From Synechococcus sp. (GTDB lineage: Bacteria > Cyanobacteriota > Cyanobacteriia > Thermostichales > PCC-7336), in the NCBI GenBank assembly GCA_051439425.1, contig JBFRWD010000138.1, forward strand, positions 10,208-74,207: a DNA stretch of 64,000 bases, read 5' to 3'. Of this stretch, positions 10,856 through 22,666 are shown in pieces. Below the pieces are notes generated by a model. It searched no databases and was not told the origin of the DNA. It worked only from the letters and a program-made list of their open reading frames with translations. Each line of letters begins with the position of its first letter. The first letter of the stretch is position 1. Both the position numbers and the translations under genes were made by a program.

Positions 10856-11937
10856 GAGCGATCTCTCTGTCCGTAATTAACAGTCCGTGATGACTTGGGG
10901 TGACGCAGTCTCAGCCTTCTGAAAAGTCAGCAAGCTGAGGTGTCAGCGGGCGTAGGGCAGATGCTCCGGTGAGGAGCAACGAACCATTCAAAATCCCTAT
11001 TCCGCCTGGGCCGAGCCCAAAAAGGAGATATCTCGTTAGAGGCAACAGCCCATTGAAATAATCTCGCAGTTGAACCAGTAGTGCGGTTGGGCGCAGTGCT
11101 GCCCATCCAAATGGACAAACAGCTACAGTGTACGGTGAATTGCCACCTATACATTTACGTTTCTTATTGGCGCTTATTGAGCGTGCTTGATGGGACCGTA
11201 TGATGGACCTTGTCAACAGCAGGCAGAGACACGCAAAGAAAGGCTCTGCTAGTGCAATTTTGCAAGTGCTGTAATGTCAGCGACGAATCCGTCAAAGGCT
11301 TCAAACACCTTTTGTATTCTCACATTGACGCCGGGCTTGAATCAAGGCTTGAGCAGTATTTTTACCTATTCATCATCCTTTAACGATGAGTAATGGGATC
11401 TTCTCGAGAGACAGATGCCCATTGGGAGACTGGCCACCTTATATTTACTTATGGATTGCCCACAAAGAAATCCTATTAAGCCAATACGGCTAATCAAGAA
11501 TTACAAATCATCTAGTCTGATGGGAGGCAAGCCTGTCACAACTCGACTGACGCAGACACAATTACCACCTGTCACGAGATCCTCCAGCCCCACAAGCCTA
11601 CGGAGAAAAATCTTCCAGAAATACTTGAGAAACATCCGATCAATCCTCGCCAGAATCAGAGTTGAGCCTCACAGAATATAGACACAATTTCAAAAGCCAA
11701 TCAAGATTAATATAAGAACTTCTATTCGATCTACCTAAAAGATTCTAACAAAAAGCTGCTTATTTTTATGGATAGGCTTCATATAGTCAGACATCGAAAT
11801 AGTACAGGGCATATAGCGAGTGAAGTCGGTTCACGAAAACATTATGGAATTTATGTGTTTACACTTGCGTGAATTCAAGGATTTACAGGCTCAAAGACAA
11901 CATCTAGTCTATTTTAAGTCTGATTTTATTGATATAT

Positions 11938-12528
11938 ATGGCCTTAATATCTGCCATAACTAAAGAGTTAAACTGCCAAGCAGACTATTTGAAATCTAGA
12001 CCTTACTGGCAAGGATTTGGATTCACATTGCTGGAAACAATCGTCACTCTAGCAATCATAGGGATCGCGACAAGTATTGGTGTAGCAGGTTGGAACCATG
12101 CCAGGAATCGGTTTTCTATCGATGCATTTGCAAGCGAGATGCGCAGCCAAATTCAATCGGCCAGATTTGAAGCTATCAAACGCAATCGCAATGTAGCCAT
12201 CTTTTTTGATGAAAACAGCGAGTCATTAAGAACAGTTGTCAAAGATGCCAGCAACGATGGGTGCGATATAGATACTGGAGACCTCGAACTGACATCAAGT
12301 ACAGTAGCAATTCCAGAGACGGCCGAATTGAATCAGTCAATGTTCGTCGCAGGCAGTTTCATGACACAAGGTGGCATTGTCTGGCGACCAACAGGCTTAA
12401 CAGGACGCTGTTCAAATTTTAATGCACAAGGATTCAACACACTCAAGGTTCGAGTTGAATACCCCTTAAACGACACCGAAAATTTTGACATCGCTATTTC
12501 TTCTGCTGGCCGGGTCGATCTTCGTTAA
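11938..12528 (+). CDS. GspH/FimT-family minor pilin
   Basis: Prepilin motif G|FTLLE plus hydrophobic helix; ARFEAIKRN; C-terminal ISSAGRV typical of FimT. Confidence 0.85.
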   Translation: MALISAITKELNCQADYLKSRPYWQGFGFTLLETIVTLAIIGIATSIGVAGWNHARNRFSIDAFASEMRSQIQSARFEAIKRNRNVAIFFDENSESLRTVVKDASNDGCDIDTGDLELTSSTVAIPETAELNQSMFVAGSFMTQGGIVWRPTGLTGRCSNFNAQGFNTLKVRVEYPLNDTENFDIAISSAGRVDLR

Positions 12529-12648
12529 ATCTACCCAAGCCAAATATCGACAAAAAACCTCTTTCAGGAGCTTGTTTCAGAAGAACGAGGAAATATAAAT
12601 ACACCAATAAAGTAACTTAACTACATGCCATTCTTTAGAGGTAAATGT

Positions 12649-13056
12649 ATGGAGCAGTCATCATTATTATCTACAAGTCGATCGGGTTTTAGCTTGGTTG
12701 AGGTGCTAGCCGCATCTTTGATTTTTGTCTTAGGTGCAACAGCATCGCTCAATATACTCTCTAACTCACTGCAATCGACTCGTAGCTCGATCGAAATCGA
12801 AGAAAGCGTGACACTTGCGACCGCAGCGATCGAACAACAGCGATCGCGCCTATTGCCAACAGGTGGAATCGAAACGATTGGCGATTATACGCAAACCACC
12901 ACCGTTACCGGCTGTAGGTTCACAGGCACAACCATGTCCTGTGCAGTCACGTGCGATGAGACTGTACCGGTTTGCGAAATTGTAGTGACGATCGTCAATA
13001 CGGTAACCAACGAGACCGAAACCTTAACAACCATGAAAATGACAGAACGATTATGA
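12649..13056 (+). CDS. PilV-like minor pilin
   Basis: G|FSLVEVL prepilin motif; short; four Cys in the C-terminal half; AGAGG upstream. Confidence 0.75.
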   Translation: MEQSSLLSTSRSGFSLVEVLAASLIFVLGATASLNILSNSLQSTRSSIEIEESVTLATAAIEQQRSRLLPTGGIETIGDYTQTTTVTGCRFTGTTMSCAVTCDETVPVCEIVVTIVNTVTNETETLTTMKMTERL

Positions 13057-14468
13057 ATGTACGCAGTCGGGGTACCACGTTTATCGAAATCCTGATTGCC
13101 ATGCTAGTAGGAGCAGGGCTGTTGGTATTTGTTAGCCAAATATTGCCCCGAACCCTAAGGGCAAATCGAGTGAACGAACAGGCCACTGACGTCAATCAAA
13201 ATGCCGCAGTTGTCGCCGCATTGCTGATGTTGGATGTCAAGGATGCGGGGTTTCGAGGGGGCACAGAAGCATCGTTTGATATCTGCGATACCTGCAGCCC
13301 AACCAGCGATCAGGTAGGAAATCTGCTCGACATTGTCAAATGGCCATTTACTCTCGATGCCTCAGGGGCTCTGAGTGCAGGGTTATTAGGAATTCCCAAT
13401 ATTTCAGGAATAACGGACGATCCCCTGCCCATTCTGACTCACGTTCCCGGAACCGGCAGCAATCCAGATGCCCTCGGATTTGTTCGAGTCTTGGAGATTG
13501 ACGATGCCACTTCGGATGTTGCCGATATCTACGACGCTGAGTTCGTCCTCTACACTGTCGACACGACCGATGAAGAACTGGTCCGTCTCAGGCAGGATTT
13601 GACTTGCGACGGCACGTTTGTGACCACAGGCGCTGGCTCGGAATGTCGTCTGGATGGTGGCAACAGTGGGCAGCAGCCAGCAGTAGAAGGAATTGAGGAC
13701 ATCCAGTTTTTTTTCAAGCTGCGCAACGAAGTCGGAGGCCAGCCTGTCTATACGTCCACGCTACCGAGTAACGTCAGCAGTGTAGCCAGCGTTGGAGTGT
13801 ACACCCGCGCGCGATCGAATATTTCCGATCCGAATTTCACAGATACTGCCAGCTATCCTGCCTCCGATCTCCTACCCACTGGCAATCTAGTCGGTGGTAT
13901 GGCTCTTTCAAATTGGAGTCAATTAGGCATCACAACCACTGGGCCGTTTAACGATACGTTCCGCAGAATCGAAAAGGTACAAGAAATTGCTCTACGCACA
14001 ACCCCTGCCTGCAATCTATTACCTATTGGTTGGCCCGCAGCAGCGATTCCATCTACGGCGGGGAGTCCTACCAGCGTGACCTTTACCACTTCTACTCCCG
14101 GGCCAGGAAATTTTGGTTGGCTCAGTTGGGAGGGATCAAACAGCGTTCCCACATTAGTGCGGTCCATTAACTATCCCAATCTCGTCAGCTCCACCTATCG
14201 CGACCCCACCGATACCAGCGATACCACTTTAGATGCTGGTGGTTTTGTCGAGGGGATGCCCGGGAACAAACAACCTGGAGCTTCTGCCCTCAGTCAGTAC
14301 ATCGGCATTCCTATTGTGGTCCCCCTCTATGGCGCAACTTCAGGCACGGGTAGCAATCTTAACTACGAAATCAGCGGCTTTGCCAGCATCGTTCTCGATG
14401 GCACCTCAACGATTACAAGCCTCTCCGGAACGTATCTAGGAGAGGCATCCGTAACCTGTACCCTCTAG
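13053..14468 (+). CDS. PilW-like minor pilin with extra C-terminal domain
   Basis: RG|TTFIEILIAML; DVKDAGFRG; QPAVEGIEDIQFFF; ATGA overlap with the upstream stop. Confidence 0.75.
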   Translation: MNVRSRGTTFIEILIAMLVGAGLLVFVSQILPRTLRANRVNEQATDVNQNAAVVAALLMLDVKDAGFRGGTEASFDICDTCSPTSDQVGNLLDIVKWPFTLDASGALSAGLLGIPNISGITDDPLPILTHVPGTGSNPDALGFVRVLEIDDATSDVADIYDAEFVLYTVDTTDEELVRLRQDLTCDGTFVTTGAGSECRLDGGNSGQQPAVEGIEDIQFFFKLRNEVGGQPVYTSTLPSNVSSVASVGVYTRARSNISDPNFTDTASYPASDLLPTGNLVGGMALSNWSQLGITTTGPFNDTFRRIEKVQEIALRTTPACNLLPIGWPAAAIPSTAGSPTSVTFTTSTPGPGNFGWLSWEGSNSVPTLVRSINYPNLVSSTYRDPTDTSDTTLDAGGFVEGMPGNKQPGASALSQYIGIPIVVPLYGATSGTGSNLNYEISGFASIVLDGTSTITSLSGTYLGEASVTCTL

Positions 14469-14546
14469 GTTCCATTCAGAGGAAACGTTCAATTCACCCC
14501 GAAAACAACCCAGCTGCCCGCAGATAACTCGAGGTTCAATCAGTTC

Positions 14547-15947
14547 ATGGACCTCTCATATTTTCGTCCTTTCAAAACGCTTGTTATGCCCCTCCATCGT
14601 GTTTCAAGAACCAACCCCCTCAACCCCAAGCTGACGATCTCGCTATCATCTCGCGGTTATATTCTCGTCACCACCATGCTGATGGCAATTTTGGTGATGG
14701 TTATCGGCATTGGCGCTAGTGCTCTGAGCATGACCAACGTCAGTATTTCTAGAAATGTACGCGCGAATGCGGACACCCGCTATCTAGCAGAAGCCTCTAC
14801 AGACGCTGTTGTGGGCTTCATCCGGGAAGAAGCATCGGCCAATTCCTATGACAGAGCAAGCATTGTCAGTGTTCTCATCCCGAAAGCAGAGAGCATCAAT
14901 ATGTCTACTATGGTTCCGAGGTGCCCGTCGGTAGATGGCTCACCTTGTGTAGATGTGGACATTGAATTACTGCATGCATCGCGCCCCGATCTAATCAAGA
15001 TTCGATCGGAAATTTTCGATGCCAATCGCGATGCCGAATACAGCGTGACGGCGATCGTACAGCTAAGGGAGGATCCCGCTCCCTATGGCGTCGATACGAC
15101 GATTTTAAGTGACGGATATGTCGAACTCAACGGCCCTGTCGATCTAAGAGGAATAATCTCTGACAGTAGCGATGATGCGTTTGTTCACGGTAACGACGGC
15201 TATAAATTGAGCGATGACAATGAACTTCCTACCGATCCCGATACCAGTAATCTAGCGGTTACTGCGGGCACCAGTAACAGCATTTGTGATGGAGCTAGTC
15301 TGATTGGCAGCTGTCAGACTAGCTCCGATATCTCGATTGACTTGCTGACGTTTGACGAAGTGCTGAATGAAGTTACAGGGACAACATCGTTTCCCCCATC
15401 CCACGATAAAACCGCCAACAACCTCAACCAGCTAGAAAGTCGTTGCAGGAATGGGGATATTGTCCGGTACTACGGAAGTACGATTAATAATGCAACTCTT
15501 GAAGAGTGCACCGTCATCGCTCTCAACGATCTGAAGATCGAGGGAAACACCAATGTTCTACCCGACACCATTATTATGGCGGGTGGCAAAATTGAAGTGG
15601 ATGGCTCCGTCAATTTCACAGGTAATAACGTTCTTGCGGCAAGAGCCAATGCTTCTTCAACAGACATTGGTATCAATATCAATAGCCCTAATGTCAATGC
15701 TGATGATTTATTGATTATCTCGGCAGGGATTACCGAGTTAAATGCTGATTTCACTTCAACGTTTATCGCTGGAATCTATAGCGAGGGAGAAGTCAAGGTC
15801 AACGGCAATAACGGCATCTCGGGGTTTATACGGTCAAACGGCAATATTATCTTGAATGGTACGGTTGGTGCATCTTCAACCATCATTAACTCGCTACTGC
15901 CAACCACATCTGCTTATTCATACGATGCGGTCATCAGTCGAAACTAG
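14547..15947 (+). CDS. PilX/GspK-like minor pilin with probable beta-solenoid C-terminus
   Basis: RG|YILVTTML (no Glu5, as in PilX); RYLAEA; repetitive G/N/I beta-strand motifs in the C-terminal half. Confidence 0.7.
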   Translation: MDLSYFRPFKTLVMPLHRVSRTNPLNPKLTISLSSRGYILVTTMLMAILVMVIGIGASALSMTNVSISRNVRANADTRYLAEASTDAVVGFIREEASANSYDRASIVSVLIPKAESINMSTMVPRCPSVDGSPCVDVDIELLHASRPDLIKIRSEIFDANRDAEYSVTAIVQLREDPAPYGVDTTILSDGYVELNGPVDLRGIISDSSDDAFVHGNDGYKLSDDNELPTDPDTSNLAVTAGTSNSICDGASLIGSCQTSSDISIDLLTFDEVLNEVTGTTSFPPSHDKTANNLNQLESRCRNGDIVRYYGSTINNATLEECTVIALNDLKIEGNTNVLPDTIIMAGGKIEVDGSVNFTGNNVLAARANASSTDIGININSPNVNADDLLIISAGITELNADFTSTFIAGIYSEGEVKVNGNNGISGFIRSNGNIILNGTVGASSTIINSLLPTTSAYSYDAVISRN

Positions 15948-16261
15948 CTGGTTGAATTCATTATATCTTGCTCGTTGCAAGCAGAATTTTGAGCAGGTTT
16001 TCATTGCCCGCTTTGTCTGTATATAGAAATTCGAGTTAAAGCTAAGACTGAATCAGGTGAGGTCGTGCTGATATATCTATCTTCGATTGGCAATTTCAGT
16101 CCGAACTCAATTTAATGGCATCTATTGACCTCACTAATGATGCGAAGCTATCTCACCTCAGCATTCATGACTCAACCTTGCCATGAGGTAAAACTTCCCA
16201 ACTGGAAAGCCAAGTTGGTTCAGAAAGGTCAAGCAGATCGAATCATGCTTTGGTATCCAAC

Positions 16262-16783
16262 TTATTTGAATGCTTTGGCTTGCGATTCTAACGACTGAGC
16301 CGCAGTGACCGAGAAGAAATATCCACTCACTTCCGGGCCAAAATGAATCACATCACCGCTCGCAAGATAGTGAGTGCCGACTCGCTGACCATTCACCAAT
16401 ACACCATTCGTGCTATTCCCGCCCTTGCGATTGCCGTCCACCAGACAGTATGTAAACATGCCAGGATGGTCGGGTACAGGCACTCGAATTAAATAGGCGT
16501 GGCGTCTTGAAACAAAGCGGTTTGGAATGGCGATCGCATTGGTACTGCTGCGACCAATGCTGTACATTCCTGCATCGAGCATGTAACCACGCGGCTTGTG
16601 ACCGTCATGAATCCCCAGGACAAACGTAGTTGATTCGAATAGATCGATCCCAGAAATCGACGTGTCTTCATCAAAGGATAGTGAAGCATGACCCGCTTGA
16701 TGGCCAGCAGGGGCATGACTAATGACAGTTGGCCCGGGTCCCCGATCGAATATCTGTTCTAGCTGGTCGATACTATGTGACAT
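16262..16783 (-). CDS. FHA-domain protein
   Basis: IGRS...VSRRHA...STNGVLVNG. Confidence 0.9.
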   Translation of the reverse strand: MSHSIDQLEQIFDRGPGPTVISHAPAGHQAGHASLSFDEDTSISGIDLFESTTFVLGIHDGHKPRGYMLDAGMYSIGRSSTNAIAIPNRFVSRRHAYLIRVPVPDHPGMFTYCLVDGNRKGGNSTNGVLVNGQRVGTHYLASGDVIHFGPEVSGYFFSVTAAQSLESQAKAFK

Positions 16784-17207
16784 CGATGCATTCCTAACTG
16801 GCTAACCGTATACTCCAGGCGTTACTCGCGAGCTGGAAAACATTCGACTGGCAGCGTAACTTAACTTATCAGAGGAATACGCCATCTCATACGGCTCTCG
16901 CCTGAATGTACCCAGAGAAGGCAATCTGACGATCTGATGCTAGCTTCACGACCTCTAAAGCGGTCAAAAGCTTAGCGAATTCATAGAATTTAGATTCACT
17001 TGTCGCTAGTGCTTGACAGCAAACCGGCTCCCATAGCCCACTGTTATTGCCCATGCCACCAGACTGGCCTCCTGTTGTGGCAACAGATCGGCGAGCAAGG
17101 TGAGGTGGGTATTGAGCTAGTCACTGAACTCAAACCGGAAATACCCAGATAATTCCCACGTGACTTCGCACCTGGGCATCGAGCAGTTAAGACGTCAAGC
17201 ACTAAGG

Positions 17208-18209
<1,002 letters not shown>

Positions 18210-18408
18210 TCAGGATGTCATGCAATTCATCCGTTACGCAGCATGCAATAAAGCTTAAGCACTCTGAAAAATTGACCGCGATAGATTGCTCGTCCGAATG
18301 CACCGAACGTTCGGTACAAAACTATTGCCCGTAAAAAAACACTTTCCGGCAGCTGCGAGCAATCGTAATTCCACATCTATGGTGGCAAAAGCCGATTCCC
18401 CACAAGCA

Positions 18409-19584
18409 CTATTGAACGGAGATCGCTCCTAAATTAGTGCCCTCGTAGTAGAAATCTAAAATCTGGTCGTAGCTCCACCCCTGGACCGCCAAGCCGCTAG
18501 CTCCCCACTGGCTCATTCCGATGCCGTGGCCGAAACCCTGGCCAGTAAGGGTGAATACAGTCGGGGGAATGTCACCATCCGAACGGCTGCTGGTAATTGC
18601 CGGCCCCACCGGTTCGATGGCAAACAACGTGCTGGGAATACCCAGTTCGAGCAAGAAGTCGTTGGCTCGCATGTCCTGGATAGACTCCGTGCCGTGGAGA
18701 CGCAATGTCACTGCTCTACCGTGAGGAGTACTTTCTAAGACTTCTAAATCCAGAACGTCTCCCACTTCTCCAAAGGCGGCTTCCAGGCTATCGGGGTCGA
18801 GCTGTTGTTGCCAGGGCATGGCAGGAGAGACGTGGCTGTCATTGGTCGCCCGCAAGTACGGCCGCACATCCAGCCAGACATCTTCAGAGTCGGCGGTGTG
18901 ACCGCCGGATGATGAGTGGAAGACAGCATCAATCAGTCGACTGTTATGGACAACGACTTGGCCGCTGGTGAGTTGAGTGGCCTGGTAAGCATTTTCCGTG
19001 GCAGACTCTACCCCTTTGTAGACTTGCCAGGCAATCGTGTCTCCGAGGTCGAAAGGGAAATGCAGGCGGCGATTGCGGTGATAGAGAGCGTAAGTACGGG
19101 CAGCTACCGCTTGGGCCTTGAGAGCTTCGAGCGGAAAGCGATCGCCCATTTCTGCCCCCACAACGCTGGCAACGTAGTCGTCCAAATCCACATAATTAAT
19201 GGCGGTGAGGCCGGAGCCATCCGGCCGCAACTCGACGCTGCCGCGATACCAGCGATCGGCGATGTAGATGAGGCCACCTGGAGTACTAGCTCTGATGAAT
19301 AGGCGATCGCCTGCGGTGCCCGAGAGGCTAATGGTACCGTTCGAAATCGACGCTCCACGCGATTCCATCGGGTCGATGGTGCCTAGTAAATCACCGGAAG
19401 AGTCAAGGATTTGTCCTTCGACAGAAGTCCCCAGCGTCACTTGCCGTGTCTCTTGGATAATCGCGATGCGCATCAGCAGATCGTCCGCAGCCCTGGCTGG
19501 CAGCAATAGTAGCAGCCACAAAATAAGTCCTAAGCCAGTGGCGTTACTGAGCCACCTTAGGCCCCACATGACAATGGGTTCCAT
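18409..19584 (-). CDS. SpoIID/LytB-domain protein
   Basis: YVASVVGAEM, EALKAQAVAARTYAL, GFGHGIGMSQWG. Confidence 0.92.
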   Translation of the reverse strand: MEPIVMWGLRWLSNATGLGLILWLLLLLPARAADDLLMRIAIIQETRQVTLGTSVEGQILDSSGDLLGTIDPMESRGASISNGTISLSGTAGDRLFIRASTPGGLIYIADRWYRGSVELRPDGSGLTAINYVDLDDYVASVVGAEMGDRFPLEALKAQAVAARTYALYHRNRRLHFPFDLGDTIAWQVYKGVESATENAYQATQLTSGQVVVHNSRLIDAVFHSSSGGHTADSEDVWLDVRPYLRATNDSHVSPAMPWQQQLDPDSLEAAFGEVGDVLDLEVLESTPHGRAVTLRLHGTESIQDMRANDFLLELGIPSTLFAIEPVGPAITSSRSDGDIPPTVFTLTGQGFGHGIGMSQWGASGLAVQGWSYDQILDFYYEGTNLGAISVQ

Positions 19585-19838
19585 CCACTTTCCTCTGTGC
19601 AGTTGTGATGTCTGACAGTTCAGCTCGAACGAGGTTTGCCTCAGTTATGGATGCCTAGGCTGAACTCTCCCAAGCGGTTGGGTGACCGCTGAATTGATGC
19701 GGGCCACAAGCGACCCTATCAAAAATTGCCCGAATCATCATGATTTCGATCTGGCAATTAAATAGACATGAAGAATTATCCTGGCCGGGCTTGAATTGCG
19801 GCTTCATATGAAATTTTGAATGGCGATCGCAATCGAAC

Positions 19839-21545
19839 CTAGCGCTCGGAGGCAGCTTCAATCGCATCGATCGCGGCTGGATAGTAGTTTTGCCATGCAG
19901 CGATCGCCTCTGGGTCAGACTCTGTTCCCAATTGCAGCAGGGTGATGCCCTTATCGAAGCGAACCAGACCGTATTCCTCGCTTTCCAGTAACTCGTTAAT
20001 GAATGGGATTCCTCGTTCCAGAATCTCGCGGTCTTTGCTGAAGGCCACTTGGAAGCGATCGGCTCGCCATAGATCGGCCACGGCGTAATCAACCGAAACT
20101 GTTTCGAGGTTATCGTTCGTGACTTTCACACCTTGGGGAAAGCGGACGAGAGCGCGCCGACCGGAGAGATGGGGAATGAGGTTAGTGGTGGCAGAAACGG
20201 TGGCGTCGGGGGGGATGTCAGCAAGGATGGAATAGACATCACGACTGTGGCTAACGTTTTCCGGCCAAGAGAGGTAAACGCGAGGGGAGTAGGAGTCGGG
20301 AAGGAGGAACGACAGGCTTCGGTTGGGATTATAGGCGATGCAGACTAGGGCCGAGACCACAATGCAGAACGTCCACCAGCGACGGAATTTGGGTTTGAGC
20401 GATCGCCGCTCTAGCTTTTCCTCCGGTTGCCAGAACCGCTTGAAGCCGCGCCCCGACCACCACAGGATTGCACCGTAAAACATCCCCGGTACGACAGTCA
20501 TGGCGTAGCGAATGTTGAGGGAGAAGACGGCACCTTTGGCTGCCAGGATTTGCAGGAGCGGTGGCCCCGCGACCAGCCAGGAAGCTGGAGCAATGACGGG
20601 GATAAAGGCAAGGGGGAGAGCTTGGCCCAGGAAATATAACAGAGAGGTTTCAAGCGGGGAGAAGATCTCGGCAACAAAATTCCAGGGTTGGCGCAGAACG
20701 CCGTACATGACATCGAAGATGGTGGCTTCATCGATGCGATCGCCCAAAAATGTCAGGTACTGGCCGAAGCGCTCTTGTAAAAATCGCTTGGAGACATCGT
20801 CTGAAAACATCGGCATGATTTGGCTGGTGACCAGCACGACGTAAACAAAGCTGCCCAAGCAAACAGCCAGACCAATGCGGGGAAAGCGACGGCTGGCCAG
20901 CATGTAGACACCGACACCGAAAAGCGACACTCCACTGTCTTCACGGACAGCGAGGGTGCAGCAACACAACAGGGCAAATAACCACCACCAACGTTTTTCC
21001 ATGGCTAGCAGCAAGCCAAACATGTAGAGGGGCAACTGACAGATGTCGTGGAAGTTAGCCAGAGTTGGCCCCAGGACGGTGTTGGCGCAGTAGTAGCTGA
21101 TGACGATCGCCACTGAAACTGCCGGTTCTAAATAATGGCGGGCCAGGGCGAATAGGACTAGACCGGCAGCAGTGACTAGGGTGACTTGCAGGACGGTGAG
21201 GGTGGCGGGATTGGGGAAGAGGGCGTAGACGGGCCACCAAATGAGTAGGGCAGGGGTAAAGTGTTGGCCGAGGCGACGGTAGAAGACTTCGGGGGCTTCT
21301 CCACTGTGGGCAACGTTGGTGGAGAGTTGAGAGGAGAGGGAACTTTGGAAGAAGCGACCGTGCCAGTTATTCCAGAACACCTGGTTGAAGATGCCTTGGT
21401 CGTAGTCGGAATAAAGGGTGAGGTGGCGATTGAGGGTGAGGATGAGGGTGAGGGTAAAGAATGTGGCGGCAGCGGCGATCGCCCATTTCCAGCCGTTCTT
21501 GTGTGCGAGCGTCCCTTTCATCCAATGCGTTTGGTAATTTACCAA
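19839..21545 (-). CDS. DUF2079-family membrane protein
   Basis: YDQGIFNQVFWN, LGQHFTP, NFHD, REDSG; multiple TM segments. Confidence 0.8.
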   Translation of the reverse strand: MVNYQTHWMKGTLAHKNGWKWAIAAAATFFTLTLILTLNRHLTLYSDYDQGIFNQVFWNNWHGRFFQSSLSSQLSTNVAHSGEAPEVFYRRLGQHFTPALLIWWPVYALFPNPATLTVLQVTLVTAAGLVLFALARHYLEPAVSVAIVISYYCANTVLGPTLANFHDICQLPLYMFGLLLAMEKRWWWLFALLCCCTLAVREDSGVSLFGVGVYMLASRRFPRIGLAVCLGSFVYVVLVTSQIMPMFSDDVSKRFLQERFGQYLTFLGDRIDEATIFDVMYGVLRQPWNFVAEIFSPLETSLLYFLGQALPLAFIPVIAPASWLVAGPPLLQILAAKGAVFSLNIRYAMTVVPGMFYGAILWWSGRGFKRFWQPEEKLERRSLKPKFRRWWTFCIVVSALVCIAYNPNRSLSFLLPDSYSPRVYLSWPENVSHSRDVYSILADIPPDATVSATTNLIPHLSGRRALVRFPQGVKVTNDNLETVSVDYAVADLWRADRFQVAFSKDREILERGIPFINELLESEEYGLVRFDKGITLLQLGTESDPEAIAAWQNYYPAAIDAIEAASER

Positions 21546-21652
21546 ACCAATTATCGGTTGTTATTGGCCGCAAAGGAGGAAGTCGCCTATTTCGCAATTA
21601 GTGACCGACTGCTTTCAACATAAGTCCGATAAACTACTCGATACGCTGTGCG

Positions 21653-22135
21653 TTACGGACGGTTTAGACTTTTTGCCGCTGTGATTTCTTCTGACAGATC
21701 GTTACTGGAACGCTGGGCGTTAGATTCTGCACCCAGCTCAAGAGTTGCGAGTTCTTCGGGTGATAACTCTTCGCGGCTGGTGAACATAATGTAGGTTTGG
21801 TCACTCAGCCACAAGGTATCGCCAGATTTAAGCATGCGGTTTTTAATGGGTTGGTCATCCAGCAATACCCCATTCGTGCTGGGTTGTGCGTCGGTCTTGC
21901 CATCAAGGATTTGGAAGCGGGATTTATCTCCGAATTTGACTCGATTTAAGCGGGCGTGGATTCGAGATACACAGGGATCTGCTAGGCGAATCGAGCAAGA
22001 ACTACTGCGACCAATGGTGTAGCTATCTTCATCTAAAACCATGCCATGGCGGCCTCGACGGTCGTGAACGATCAGAATCGGGGCCAACCCCGTGTTAGTA
22101 GGCGGGGAAGCTGTCTTGCTGAGCAAGGTGTTCAT
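21653..22135 (-). CDS. FHA-domain protein
   Basis: IGRS...VSRIHA...STNG. Confidence 0.9.
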   Translation of the reverse strand: MNTLLSKTASPPTNTGLAPILIVHDRRGRHGMVLDEDSYTIGRSSSCSIRLADPCVSRIHARLNRVKFGDKSRFQILDGKTDAQPSTNGVLLDDQPIKNRMLKSGDTLWLSDQTYIMFTSREELSPEELATLELGAESNAQRSSNDLSEEITAAKSLNRP

Positions 22136-22666
22136 TGGAGGAAGGTCCTATTGACCGTGGGTAGCAAAGGAACGTGCAAAGGGCGGAGTTCTGCTTCAAA
22201 AAAGCTACGTGTACATAGGTAACCCAAAAATGCCTGCAAAATTACGCAAAATACTGACAAACCAAAAATTATTTTGGGCGGAACATAAAATTAAGGTAGT
22301 GGAATTGACAGAAACGTCCAGTAAGTCTTGCTGTTCTGGGGGAGGAGATCCGTGAATTCTCTTGGGCTAGAGCCTTTCCAAATGTCCGATCGCAGGGTGT
22401 TTTGCCATAACCAGCGACAGCGCTAGTGTTTCTGCGACTCTGTGGGATCTAGTGGAAGTTATCCGGTACATGCTCGGACTGACTAAGTTCACGAGCGAGG
22501 TGAATTGACGGATCGCTTCTGTATTGTTTGAGTGTTTTCAGTCACGGGCGATCGCGCTCTGCTTAACGCTTACTCTCAGCGCAGCCAAATCCCTCGGTTT
22601 CACCGAACTTCCCAAAGACTGACCTCTTGCTCGTCCAAAAGTCCCTCACATATCAGGATGGGGGAT

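Noticed and set aside
11819..11836. CRP-like site upstream of the pilin operon (AGTGA-N7-TCACG)
   Set aside because: The spacer is 7 nt where CRP sites have 6, and both half-sites mismatch TGTGA
10860..16260. Pilin operon as a defined mobile element
   Set aside because: No integrase, transposase, tRNA or flanking direct repeats seen; the short ORFs at 10911-11681 look spurious
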